A stretch of 64,000 nt of DNA from Nageia nagi. Lineage: Eukaryota; Plantae; Pinophyta. Positions within the stretch are counted from its first letter, which is position 1, and each line of letters opens with the position of its first letter. Positions 13,000-25,850 of this stretch are shown here, one piece after another. Under the pieces are notes generated by a model. That model worked only from the letters and a program-made list of their open reading frames with translations, had not been told where the DNA came from and searched no databases. The translations under genes and the position numbers were made by a program. The stretch lies in NCBI GenBank assembly GCA_050084985.1, contig JBITNC010000002.1:37138001-37202000 (forward strand). Reading direction: 5' to 3'.

Positions 13000-13900
13000 G
13001 ATATTGGTTTCCATCTTTTCTCATTTTCTAGAAATGGGATCTTTCTTCTATCAACCAAATCCTATATCTTATGTTCATAAAAATTGTAGAAGTGGTCAAA
13101 GTGAAAACATGAAGGAGATAGGGAGGAAGCAAAAAAAAGATCTTCCTAACAACTAACATATTTAGCACATCATAAATTTCTTTATTTATTGGAGTGAATT
13201 TCCTTTTTGGAAGGAAGGTATTTTCCACTTTGTTAATTTTATCAGCTTGAGCAACTACTTTTTGCTCTTCCTTCTTAGTTTATTTCTTGTAGGTTGGTTT
13301 TAGCTGATTTTTCCTTTTATTTTGCATTTACATTGTCCTCATCTCATTAAAAATATTTCTTTTTCATTGATTTTATCAACAGCACCATCTAATGGGAGAT
13401 GTCTAAAATCAAAATACAAAACCTTATAGTTTGATTGCAATGATTGATTGAAAGCCTAAATTTTATCTTTGCCATTATTTTTTAATTAGCTTGTGATTTT
13501 TCTTTAATCTTTTACAAATCTTTCAATAATTTGATTTTCTCTTTGTTAGAGTTGGTATAAACTTGAAAATATGTCTCCCTTGAAATATAAATTTGGAATT
13601 GTTCAATAAACATATTCTTTAATTGCTTTAAAATATTAAACACTTTCATTAGGTAGCCTATTAACCATTAAATAGAACTCTTATTAAAGATAGAAAGAAA
13701 AAGTTTGCATATATATCTTTCATCATTAAAAAATAAGTATACTTTATTATTTAATATATTTAGATGCATAATAAAATCTTTAATACCATAGAATTGGGAT
13801 AATTTTGGATTCCTTTTACATTCAATAGCCTTTGAATACTAATTCTATTGCATAGGGGATTGCCACATCCTTCTTATTTTATCTTATTCCTTATTGATTT
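13000..13900 (-). mobile_element. Decayed Ty3/gypsy gag relic (copy A; paralog at ~16190-16960)
   Basis: Fragments KAIECKRNPKLSQFYG and PKRKFTPINKEIYDVLN; paralog B also shows FEQFQIYIP...FVKDWRKIT. These resemble a Retrotrans_gag region. Confidence 0.5.
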
Positions 13901-13953
13901 AATCTTGATATAGTGACATTCAATCATATTTATGAATAAAGTTTTCCATACCC

Positions 13954-16900
13954 TAAGGATAGGGACCGCAAATTTTGGTTTTTGAAGAAAAAAAAAATCA
14001 TATTTATGACTAAAAATAATGCTCAAGGCTTTAAATTCAAGAGAGGACTTGAGGCCTTTGCACCAATCGATTCTGTTGGCATACTTTTATGCGCATTTTC
14101 CTGCCCAATTCTGCCAGATGTTTTTTTCGATTCTCTACAGCTAATTTTATTGATTTTTGCAGTAGTTTTGTGCTGGTTTTGTTTGTCTTATATTTTACAG
14201 TTGGCTTTCGCTGGCCAAATTCCTTCTCCAAGGCAAAACAGAAAAAAAGATCTTATAGATACATTTATGTTTTTGAAAAACAATTTTACAATTGGTTGAA
14301 TATTCATGACTATCAGAGCAAACGGCCTATTTATTTTTGTTGGAATTCAAATTTTTTATCCAACCTTATATGGAAGGTTAAAAGCCATTTGTAAGATCAC
14401 AGAAAGAAAGAGATAGCAATCAAGAAAATAAAATAAAATAAAATAGTCATTTTGGTTTTCATTCATGATAAAATTGTTCATAGAAAAAGGTTCAAATAAA
14501 TATAATTATCTATTGAATCTAATAAATTTATTGACAATTTTGATCTAAGTAAAAGATGATATCTTAGATCATTTGAAAATAAAAATATTGTTAGGATCAT
14601 AGATTCTTCCATCCATCTATGTAAATAATTTCAGATCTTTGAAAATAAAGAAAATCTCAAATATAATGCTATGATTCTAGATTATATTATGATCCTTGTG
14701 ATCAATGTATGATGTTGAATATGAATCAAAGATGTTTTCTTTTTTAATATAGACGTGCACCTAGTTCACACAACTCAAACAGACATCTCAGACACCCAAC
14801 GCAGAGACTGGAACTCAGGGCCTGCCCATGACCATTGCAACCATCCCAAGGCCCAACCACTGTACTGCCCCCATTGGAGCAATCAAAGATTTGATATCTT
14901 AGATCCTTTGAAAATAAAAGCATTATTAAGATCACAAGATTCTTCTATCCCAATATATAATTAACTTTAGATCTTTGAAAATAAATAAAATTTCAAGTGT
15001 GATTCTATAATTGTAAGAGATATTGTGATCCTCTTCATAACATAACATTGAGTATGAATCTTAACCAATATTTAATTTAAGGATTCATACAACTAATTAT
15101 TTATAGAGTTCTATAAAAAAACATCTTAAATCATTTAACAAATTTCTAATGCCTTTATATGTTTATAATGTGACATAAAATTTGTGAAAAAGAAAAACAT
15201 ATTTTTCAATATTTTATTTATAGAGCTGTTTTTTAACAAATCTTCCTCCTCAAACTCTTCCTCTTTTGGGGATCTTTCTCTTCCTCCTCAAAGTCTTCCT
15301 TCCTAATTCCCTTCTTAAGATTTAGAAGAGAAAACAAAACTAAGACAAAAACTTAATAAGAAGTTATATTGCTTTACATATGAGATATGTTGATTTACAT
15401 ATAAGGTACCTTACTCATATATATAGAATATATTTATCTAGTACAATGTGAAAGAGATATCGGTTCCTATGTAGACTTTTAAAGATAAAGAGAGAAATTC
15501 TTTATTAAATTTTAATTCTTAAATAAGTTATTGAAACTAGCAATTCCTCAAAATCCTTGAAAAATGAAAGTAATATAGTCCATGTAATAAAATAATAATT
15601 CAAAGTTAAACCATATATAGTCAACAAACATATCTAAAACATTAAAACTAAAATTATTCCCTTACAAATTCTATTACTAAAGTGCACTAAACTAAGAATC
15701 CTATATATAATTCTCATGAACTTTTCCTCTATTTATTTTTTTTAATTTAATATAATATTGCACGTGTCTTTGCATATGATTTACCCTGTGTGTGTAGGTG
15801 TCTAATTTAATTAATTAATAATTATAAAGGAAAGAGATTTATGAGATAACATAAATATCATCTTTATCTAATTTCAAACCTCTTACTCATGTTGCATAAG
15901 ACCCTCTAAATAAAGTTGCTACATTTTTCTCCTCTTTTGCCTTCATGAACTTTGGGAAGGAATTTGTAAAGATCCTCATGTTCTTGTTTTGTTCATGTTA
16001 TGGTCTTGGGATGTTGGTTGCTATATTGTTCTCATTTTCTAGAACTAATATCTTTCCTCTATTTACCAAATCCTATATCTTATGTTATAATTAAATGGAA
16101 TCCTTCATCAAGTGCCCTTATTCATAAAAGTAATAGAAGTGGTAAAAGAGAAAACATGAAGGAGTTCAATTCTTGAAACTTGCTTGTCCATCTTAAGGAG
16201 GAGGAAAAGAAAAGATCTTCCTAGCAACTAAGATATTTAGCACATCATCAATTTCTTTATTTATTGGAGTGAATTTCCTTTTTGGAGGTAAGGTATTTTT
16301 TACTTTGTTAATTTTATCAGGTTGAGCAACTACTTTTTGCTCTTCCTTCGTAGTTTCTTTCTTGTAGGTTTGTTTTAGCTGATTTTTTCTTTTATGTTGC
16401 ATTTATCAAGAAGCCATTTTCTATATCTCATCAAAAAAATTTCTTTTTCATTGATTTTATCAACAATACCATCTAATGGGAGATGTCTAAAATAAAAATA
16501 AGAAACCTTATAGTTTGGTTGCAATAATTCAATGAAAACATAAATTTTATCATTGCCATCATTTTTTAATTAGCTTGTAATTTTTCTCCAATCTTTTACA
16601 AATCTTCCAATGGTTTGATTTTATCTTTGTTAGAATTGGTATAAACTTGAAAATATGTCTCCCTTGGAATATAAATTTGGAATTGTTCAAAAAATTTATT
16701 CTTTAATTGCTTAAAATATTAAACACTTTCATTAGGTAGCCTATTAAACCATTGAATAGAACTCTTTGTTAAAGATAGAAGGAAAATTTTGCTAATATAT
16801 CTTTCATCATTGGAGAATAAGTATGCTTTATCATATAATATATTTAGATGCATAATAGGATATTTAATACCATGGAACTTGGATAATTTTGGATTTATTT

Positions 16901-17025
16901 TGCATTCAATAGCCTTTAAATATTAATTTTGTTACATAGAGGATTTTCATATCCTTTTTCTTTTATATTGATTCCTTATTGATCTAATCTTGATATAATG
17001 AAATTCAGTCCTTGTTTCTGAAAAA
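13954..17025. repeat. Local segmental duplication, copy B (MBD gene absent, inverted 5' block, SINE inserted)
   Basis: Colinear with copy A except that A 9045-~11417 is missing, 13954-14250 is inverted, and 147 bp are inserted at 14734. Confidence 0.9.
14734..14880 (-). mobile_element. tRNA-derived SINE, 147 bp, 10-bp TSD
   Basis: TSD AATCAAAGAT at 14724-14733 and 14881-14890. Minus strand shows A-box-like GGCAGTACAGTGG, B-box-like GAGTTCCAGTCTC and an A-rich tail. The paralog has an empty site (AATCAATGAT, 11696-11705). Confidence 0.85.
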
Positions 17026-17040
17026 TATTAATCTCCATAG

Positions 17041-17220
17041 CTTACCCAATGGCATCTTCCCTTATTTGAATGTGTAAGTCCTTACTTGATGGTGTCTATC
17101 CATACCCAATGGTATCCTCCCTTACATAATGGCATCCTTCCTTACTCGATGGTGTCCTTCCTTACCCAATGGAATCGTCCCTTACTCAATGGTGTCCTCC
17201 CTTACCTTATGGAATCTAAT
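17041..17220. repeat. 20-bp minisatellite in the 5' LTR (9 copies; 7 copies at 21768-21910 in the 3' LTR)
   Basis: Unit close to CTTACCCAATGGTATCCTCC with exact period 20. Confidence 0.9.
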
Positions 17221-17692
17221 CTTGTTGGATGGCATCTAATATAACCTTATGGTATTTATGGAGGTCATTTTTTATTCAAGATATCAAGAATGGGGTTTGT
17301 TGAAGATTTCAATCAACCTCTACAGAATTTTAATTCATTTTTTATTCTTTGTTAATCGAAGTCTTTCATAATGGTATGGGCCTCCTCTTTGTTTCATAAT
17401 GGACTATAGGATTTTGATATCATGTTCCATATCACATTCAATTTCACTTTAACCTTAATAAATTGTAATATATTGATGATGAAATGATCTCTTTTTCTAT
17501 GTGTGAAGATTAAGTAATTTAGCAAGTCTATAGTTTGTTTTAGTTTATAGAAGTCTTTCTCTTCTTGAGATTTTACAACCTGTATTATTTTACTTTCTCT
17601 ATAATATAAAATAAATTGTTATTTTATCTCCACTAGTCTTTTATTATTTTACTCTATCTTTTGCATTTAGATTTCAGTTTGGTTGGTTTGAA

Positions 17693-17799
17693 ATCCTCAT
17701 ATGAATACTCTAGTATTCAAAATTAGGGAGTTCTCTATAGTTGTAAAATCCCATTTTCAATGGAGAATATTATGAATACTAGAGTATTCATATGAGGAT
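17693..17799. repeat. Perfect 27-bp inverted repeat replacing the PBS
   Basis: ATCCTCATATGAATACTCTAGTATTCA (17693-17719) is the exact reverse complement of 17773-17799; 53-nt loop. Confidence 0.92.
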
Positions 17800-20700
17800 A
17801 TTTTTGATATCTCAAGACCGATGGAATTTAGTTTCATATGATTATACTGAAGCTAAAGAAATTATCTTTGTTGTGATGTCTACAGATGAGAAAAAGGAGA
17901 TTCTTAAAGCCTGTAAGAAGGATGCAAAGGCTTTATTTTTCATTTAGTATTATATTTACATGGTCATTTTTCCAAAAATTACAAAGAGTAAAACATCCAA
18001 GAAGGCATGGGATACCTTGGAAGTTGCCTACAAGGGATCTACCAAGGTCTGTGTAGCTAAAATCCAAATGCTACATAGAGATTTTGAGTCTCTCTAAATG
18101 AGTGAGGAGGAAACCATTAAAAGTTTCTTTGCAAAGGTTTAGGATCTAGTTAATGGCCTTCATTCTCATGGATAAGAGCTTGGTGATACTAGGATTTTGG
18201 ACAAAGTCCTAAAAAGTCTCCCTAGATGGTTTGATCCCATTATAGTTACCACTAAAGAAGCAAAAAAACTATCATAGCTCACACTTGTAGATTTGTTGTG
18301 TAGTATGACTACTTATGAATGCAAAATTCATGATAGAGATAAGAATTTAGATCAAGCTTTACAAGGAAAACTAAAGTTAAAGAGCTAGGAGCCCTCTTCA
18401 TCAAATGCAGGAACCTATTCTTCTTCATCTCGTGGAAGACATGGTAGAGGATATGGCAGATTTCGAGGAAGAAGTCCTAGAGTTCAAGGGAGAGATCATT
18501 CTACTAGTGGTAGGTCTCAAGATGGCTCCTCCTAACATTATAACTTCTACAATAAAGATAGACACACAAAATCGTATTGCTAGAAGAAGAAGAAGCAAAA
18601 TGCAAATTATGTAGAGGATAAAGCTGAAATTAACTTGTTCCTCTCTTGTAATAGCTTCTAGGTAGAAGAAGAGGATTTTTTGTACCTTGATAATGGTTTC
18701 TCCAATCACATGATTAGGAATAAAGAATTATTTGTGAATCTTGACAACAACATGTCAAGTTTAGAGATAACAAGCAAGTTTGTATAGCTAGCAAGGGAAT
18801 AGTTTCCTTCTAATCCAAAGTTGATAAGATCCTTTGCATTTAGAGTACCTTATTTATGCCTTGTCTGAAGCATAACTTATTGAGCATTGGATAATTATGC
18901 ATAAGGGGTTATAAGAACACCTTCAGTAAGAAATATTACACCATTATGAATGAGGATACAAATCAACTCATAGCCACCATTCATATGTAAGATAACTAGA
19001 TGTACATGCTAAGGATGATACCTGCTACAAATTACCTCAAGGCATCAATTGATTTGGCATAGCTTTGGCACCAAATATTTGGCCATTTGAATTTTAATTC
19101 TTTAAATGGTTTATATAAAATGGTGAGAGGCCTTCCTACCATCTCCCATACACCAAGTAAATTTTGTGAGAGTTGTCTTGCTAGAAAGAAACATAGATAA
19201 AGATTTCCAAAGCATCAACACTAGGAAAAGTACCCTATTGAGATAATGCATGCTAACCTTTATGGACCACTACAAAATCCCACACTATAAGCCAAATCCA
19301 AGTACATGCTTATCTTCATCGATGATCACTCTAGGATGAGTTGACTTTATCTCCTACAAAATAAATTGGATGCATTTTAAAGTTTTGTTAAGTTTAAGAA
19401 TCTTGTTGAAAAGCAATCTAGCTACTCACTGAAATGTACTATGGTGAAAATGGCATAGTGAGACAATACACAACTTCTTACATACCTCAACAAAATGGTG
19501 TGGTTGAGAGAAAGAACCAAACTATGGTGGAAAGGGCTTGGTGTATGTTGAAAGAGAAGGGGATTCATAATAATTTATGGTAAGAAGAATTCCATACTAT
19601 TATTTACCTCCTGGACTAGTTTCCAACTAAAGTTTTAAAGGATACCACCCCCTATGAAGCATGGTTCGATATGTAGCCAAATATTTCTCATCTCAGGATA
19701 TTTGGATCCACTTATTTTATCCATGTACCAAAAGAAGCCTAAAGGAAGCTAGATGAAAAATCAATCAAGTGCATCATGGTTGGGTATTCTTATGATTCCA
19801 AGGAATATAGATGTTATGACCCTATCATATGAAAAATTTGCATTAGTAGAGATATGATTTTTAATGAAGGAACAACCTACAATAAATAGAAATGTATTGA
19901 TAACATCATTCTTGAGTTTTAACTTAACAAAGATGATGAATCAAATGATAATATGGTACCTCCACCTCCTTAACCTTCATCACCTCCCACATAGGCCACC
20001 AACTCATCACAACAAGCCCAAAAAAATCATTCCCATGCTACTCCTAAATCCCCATAAGCTAAGAATAAATGGATTGGTGAATGACATCATCATCCATCAC
20101 TCATGTTGAATGAAGACTTCAATAAGAGAGTGACTCAATCTAAAACTAGAGGGTTTAATCAAGAGGTAAACATCACATATGCTCTTATCTCTCTTTCATC
20201 TATTGATCCTTCCTCTTTTACTGAATTTGTTGTCAATGATGCTTCAAAGAATGCCATGGAGGATGAGATTGAACAAATTCAAAAAATGATACTTGGGATC
20301 TTATACCTATTTCTAAGGATAAGAAAGTGATTGGTATCAAGTGGGTTTACAAATTGAAGCACAATCATGATGGTAGCATTACAAAATACAAAGCTCATCT
20401 TTTTGCTAAAGTTTGTGCATAAAAAGAGGACTTGGATTATGATGAAACATTTGCACTGATAGCTAGATTGGAGACTATAATATCTCTTCTTCCTCTTGTA
20501 TCCCACTTTGGATTGATTTTGTATCAAATGGATGTGAAATATTCTTTCTTAAATGGCTATTTGTAAGAGGAATTTTATGTGAAATAGCCTAAAGGTTTCA
20601 TTATTCTTGGTCAAGAAAACATGGTGTACAATTTAAAAATTTCTCTTTATGTCCTTAAGAAAGCTCCTCAAGCATGGTATGCCAAAATTGATGGATATCT

Positions 20701-23700
20701 CATGAATAATAGTTATCAAAAATGTACAACAAAGAGCATAATGTACACCAAAGTTGAAGATAATAATTTCCTCATTAAATATATCTTTATGTATATGATA
20801 TTATTTTTACTAGCACCTCATATACAATATTGGTGGAGTAGTTTAAGAATGCTATGATCAGTAAGTTTGAAATGAGTGACCTTAGAGAGATGAATTACTT
20901 TCTTGGTATGCATGTTCAATAGCCTTTTAGTGGAATCTTGATTACCCAATCCAAGTATGTTAATGATCTACTAGTAATATTTAAGATTAAAAATTATAGT
21001 CTTTTTGATACTCTAGTAGTTGTGGGTGCAAAATTGATGGAGGATGCCTCTCCTGTTATGGATATCACACTTTATCACTCCTTAGTTGGCATCCTAATGT
21101 ATCTCACAACCACTAGACCTAATATCATATATGTAATCAATATTGTGGCTTGGTTTATGCACTCACCTCATGAAATACACTAGAGGGAATCCAAATGTAT
21201 ATTGAGATACATTAGTAGCACCAAGAACTATGGACTATGGTATAATTCCACTAATAATGCTTACCTTCAAGCCTTCACTGGTGTAGATTGGTAAGGTTAT
21301 CTAGATGAAAGGAAGAGTACTATAGGGTATGCATAATTCTTTAGTGATTCTTTGATATCCTAGAGCAATAAGAAGCAATCCATTATTTCTCTTTCATCAA
21401 CAAATATTGAATATATTACTGCTTCTTTAACTTGTACTTAGGAAATTTGGCTGAAGGCATTATTTAGTGAGCTTGATGTGGAACTTGAACATCAAATTTC
21501 AATCCAATGTGATAACACAAACATAATTACAATGATAAAAATCTTATCTTCCACAGTCAAACCAAATAGATAGATATCAGATGTCATTTCATATAGGATC
21601 TCATTGAAGAAGGATTTTTTCAATTTCATCATTACCTAATAGAAGATCAAATTATAGATATTTTTATCAAGCCTCTTCCCAAGGATAATTTTAGTTATCT
21701 TGAAAGCAAGCTTGGAGTACAATCTAATGATATTAAATGGGGTATTGGATAGTATTAATCCCCATGGCTTACCTGATAACATCTTCCCTTACCCGATGGT
21801 GTCAATCCTTACCCAATGGTTTCCTTCCTTACCTGATGGAATCCTCCCTTACCTATTGGTATCCTTCCTTATACATGATGGCATCCTCCCTTTCCCAATG
21901 GAATCTAGTAGTTTTTGATGGATCTAATCTAGCCTGATGATATTTATGGAGGTCATTTTTTATTCAAGCTATAAAGGATAGGGTTTGTTGAATAATTCAA
22001 TCGATCTTTGCAAACTTTTAATACATTTTTTATGCTTTATTGACCAAAGTATTTTAGAATGGTTTGGGCCTCCTCTCTATTTCAAAGTGAATTGTAAGAT
22101 TTTGATATGGTATCCCATACTATATTCAATTTTCCTTTGCCCTCAATAAGTTATAATAGATTGATGATGTATTGATCTCTTTTTCTTTATAGTTTATTTT
22201 ATTCTATACTTGAGCTTCTGCAACCTATATTATTTTACGTTCTCTACAATATAAAATAGCTTTTTATTTTTTCTTTTCTAGTCTTCTATTATTTTACTCT
22301 ATTTTTTGCATTTATATTTCAATCTAGTTGGTTTGAAATCTTCAGTTGAAGCTTCAAAATTTGAGGATGAGTAGTATTCTTTATAGTTTCTTTAGGTTGT
22401 TCTTGAATTTTCTTGTGGAAGAATAACTAGATTACTTGTGGAGCTCTTTCAATTTCTCTAGGAGAAGGTAAAATATCCCACCTTTGTGAAGGAACAAGTT
22501 GTTGTATTTTATATTTTCCTTTGGTTGTAAACATCCTTATTTTATGTTCATGATTAAATCTAATACCTAGAACTATGACATTTATGAATTTAAATTAGTC
22601 TACATAAGACAAACTAGAGATGTATTAGTCAAAATCCAATTCATCAATGAAGTTATATTTGATGATATTTTCTTTTTATGTCCATCCTTCAAAAGGATAT
22701 ATTGCATTTTTTATTTTTGCATTCTTCTTCTATCCATCCTTAAAATGGCTATATTGTATTATTTATTTTTACAGTCTTCTTATGTATAACTTTTTATTTT
22801 TCTTCTTCAGCTTCAAATTTTATGTCAACTTGATCAACACTATGTGTTAAAGGTCAACATTAATCAAGTTCTTCTTGAAGGTCAACATTATATATTTACT
22901 CTTACTCCTAGGTGATCTTCTTCTACCTTTTAGATATGCTCTTGTTAGAATGGGACCTCTAATGTAATCACTTACCAAGTGTTGGTGCTAGGGACTTAGA
23001 CATATATAGTTAGTTATTAATTTAAAATGAACTCATTCACCTACTCCTAATATGCTTTAGCAATTTTAACCACTTGATCTTCTAAATCATGTGTTTCCAA
23101 TATTAGGGCTCTAATTGTTCAAGGGTTCAACTACATATAGTAAATTTATTGTGTTTATAAAAAATATAATTTATTACTAAAATAGTGTAATCATTATTGC
23201 ATTATGATAATTATTATTTTAAATTTGAAGAAACAAATGACTTTCATTAAGAATCCTTCTTTTGACGAACAATCTCCCAATCATTCTTAAATACTTCAAC
23301 TATATATATATTCTAAAAGAGGAAGTCCATAATATGTTATGCTTATTATATTTTTCAAGAATAAATAGGGAAAAGGTAATAACATAAATATTTAATGTGT
23401 GCATATGAATACATTATACCAAAAATGGGATTTAGAGACAAGTTATTTGGTGTGATGGTTTTAAACCACCTATATTTGAAGTTTTAGTGACACTTTATGT
23501 GGGGCAATTTTAAATTATCCCCATAAAATCATTAAGAGATGGCTTAAAACTACCCTCAAAAATTATGAAAAATAAATGGAAAGTTGCATGCAAGAAGAAA
23601 CAAATGAATGTTGCAAGCAATTTTTAAGGGGTGATTTTAACCCACCCCCCAAAAATATAAGGAGCCTATTTTAAATTGCGTCTCTATTTCAACCAATAAA

Positions 23701-24379
23701 AAAATCACATGGAGGAAAAGGTAGACACTTGAAAATTTTTTAGTCATTTCAAGTTCAGAAAAGTAAGGGGGTAGAGGAGAGGAGAGGCAAGGAATTTTAT
23801 TTACAATTTCAAGTAAGAGGGTAGAGGAGAGGAGAGGAGAGGAGATGTAGTCATAAGCATCAATGTGCAAGCAATTATTCTTTCATATTTTCATTACATG
23901 TCTATAACTTGTATTCTTCCATATTTTACATACATATTTTAGGTCATTTTTCAAAAAATCATGAAATATGATTCAAGCCTTAATATGCAAAAAATCTAGA
24001 GCCTAGTTACAAAGGAGGAAAAGGAATAGGTCATAATCAGTAGAGCAAAGTATATGCAGGGAAAGAATATCATTCTGAGAATTCAAAACCCCCATTACAG
24101 CTCCCCTTTTTGGAATGGGATAATTTTTATAATGCATATCATCACTAAGAATATTAAATAGGAATTAGAATCAAGAGAAGAAATATATACATGTGGGAGG
24201 ATTCCTAGGTTAGAGAGAAACCTCTTTAGAAGTATAAAAAAATTAGTAAAAGAGAAGCTTGGGAAAAATTGAATCAAGGAGAGAAAGTTGAGCAATACTA
24301 CAATAAAAAAGAAGCAATGGAGTCTCAAAAAGTCATCATAACATTGAAAAGAAACTAAACAATCAAAACCCAATTATAT

Positions 24380-24870
24380 AACATTGAAAATGAACTAAAA
24401 AAATTAAATATCAAACCATAAAACCATCCAATATGGAGCTTAAATAAATAAGGAATATGTAATATATTAGATGCAATTATGATTCTAAACATAACTCAAT
24501 CCATAAGTTCAAAAAATATATGGAAGAAGATATAGACATCGAGCCTCATTCCTAAAATTTTATTTTATCTTATGGGTCCTTTCACATAATAAACTTCATA
24601 CCCTAGATAACCTTAAAAGAAGAGGTTTTCAAATACCAAATAGATGTTTTTTATGCTTCAAAAAAGAGGAGAAAATAGAATATATATTCTTAAATTGTAA
24701 ATATATATAGGACATATGGAAGCATCTATGTATAGAGCTATGTTTTCATTGGGTTAAACCTCCATTCAAGAAATTCTAGTTCAATGGGAACCAATGGGAA
24801 ATAATAAAGAAAGAAAAATATTATGGAATTATGCCATAACACATCTCCTCTACCAAATTTGGAAGGCAAT
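24380..24870 (+). mobile_element. LINE ORF2 3' fragment (zf-RVT domain)
   Basis: Translates NKLHTLDNLKRRGFQIPNRCFLCFKKEEKIEYIFLNCKYI*DIWKHL (CCHC-like zf-RVT). Confidence 0.8.
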
Positions 24871-25231
24871 AAATACAATAATATTTGAAAATAAATAAAG
24901 CATAGCAAAAGTAGTCTTCCAAACCACCCAAAATAAATACAAGAAAAAAATAAAAGCATAAAGGATGAAGAGGAACCTCAAAATGAAAATATCAATAAAT
25001 AATATGATATCAAAGTATAACTAATGTCTTAAGGAATTATTACATAATGAAGGCTAGAACATCACATCAATCAATCGATATATGAATAGGAGTATGGTAG
25101 AGTGTGATAGGGGATGATAGCATTTAATGAAGCATAACGATCTAGTTGTTATCTCCTATGAATTAAAGGTTGAAAAAGCCTCCAAAAAATACACAAGGAG
25201 GATAATATAGTAAGAAATAATAGGCTTAAAT

Positions 25232-25850
25232 ATGGGAGGAAATCTAGTTTTTACTAAGCCACCTAGCATCCAAAATGCAAGGAAAAATAGGAAGTATGGA
25301 CGATCCTTTTTCACATAGGCATTCAACAATTTATGGAGGCATGTGTAGGATTTGATCTTAGGCTCTCTAGATACATGGTGAGAACCCAAGAAAAAGGGAT
25401 TTGTAGAATCCATGAAAAGGAAATTACCTTCAATGCTGAAACCATTTTCTAGGTCACATTCTTTCAGAAATTAGGGAAAGAACTTAAGAGAAATGCAAAA
25501 GCTAGCAATGCAAGGGAGGTGTTATGGTTTCAAGTTGAAAATATTAAGCTAAGGAGATATAGAACTAAATTTTTATAGAGAAAGTATTCCACATCCATGG
25601 GATAAGGTAATGAAACAAGTCATGAAGTATATTTCTCTTGATGGTATATATAAAGAGGTATTCTCTTTTCACTTTAGCTTATTGAACTACTTCAAGTTTG
25701 AAAATGAAAAAGTGAATTTTCCTTTTTTCATTTTCCGTCCTATGTACATTTCATTATTGAAGGCTAAGAATAGGTAGGATGAAGTTCCTCTTCATTATCT
25801 AATGATCAAATTGGTCTATGATATGTATATAGCAAACCAAATTCAAAATG
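25232..25850 (+). pseudogene. Decayed retroelement-associated accessory ORF of unknown function
   Basis: Across frameshifts reads MGGNLVF...EVWTILFHIGIQQFMEACVGFD...RIHEKEITFNAETI...PHPWDKVMKQVMKYISLDGIYKEVFSFHFSLLNYF...VNFPFFIF. Confidence 0.5.

Larger units (their letters stand above)
8690..13940. repeat. Local segmental duplication, copy A (contains the MBD gene)
   Basis: 8828-9044 matches 14251-14445; 11418-13940 matches 14449-17025; 8690-8827 matches 13954-14125 in inverted orientation. Confidence 0.9.
17026..22344 (+). mobile_element. Full-length, pseudogenised Ty1/copia element (5' LTR ~17026-17699, 3' LTR 21743-22344)
   Basis: Two homologous LTRs end AAATC(C/T)TCA. Internal region has gag (FNGEYYEY*SIHMRIFL), protease (LDNGFSNHM), integrase (YIPQQNGVVERKN), RT (QMDVK..FLNG; LYVLKKAPQAWY) and RNase H. 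Purine-rich PPT before 21743. Many stops; TSD not recognisable. Confidence 0.92.
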
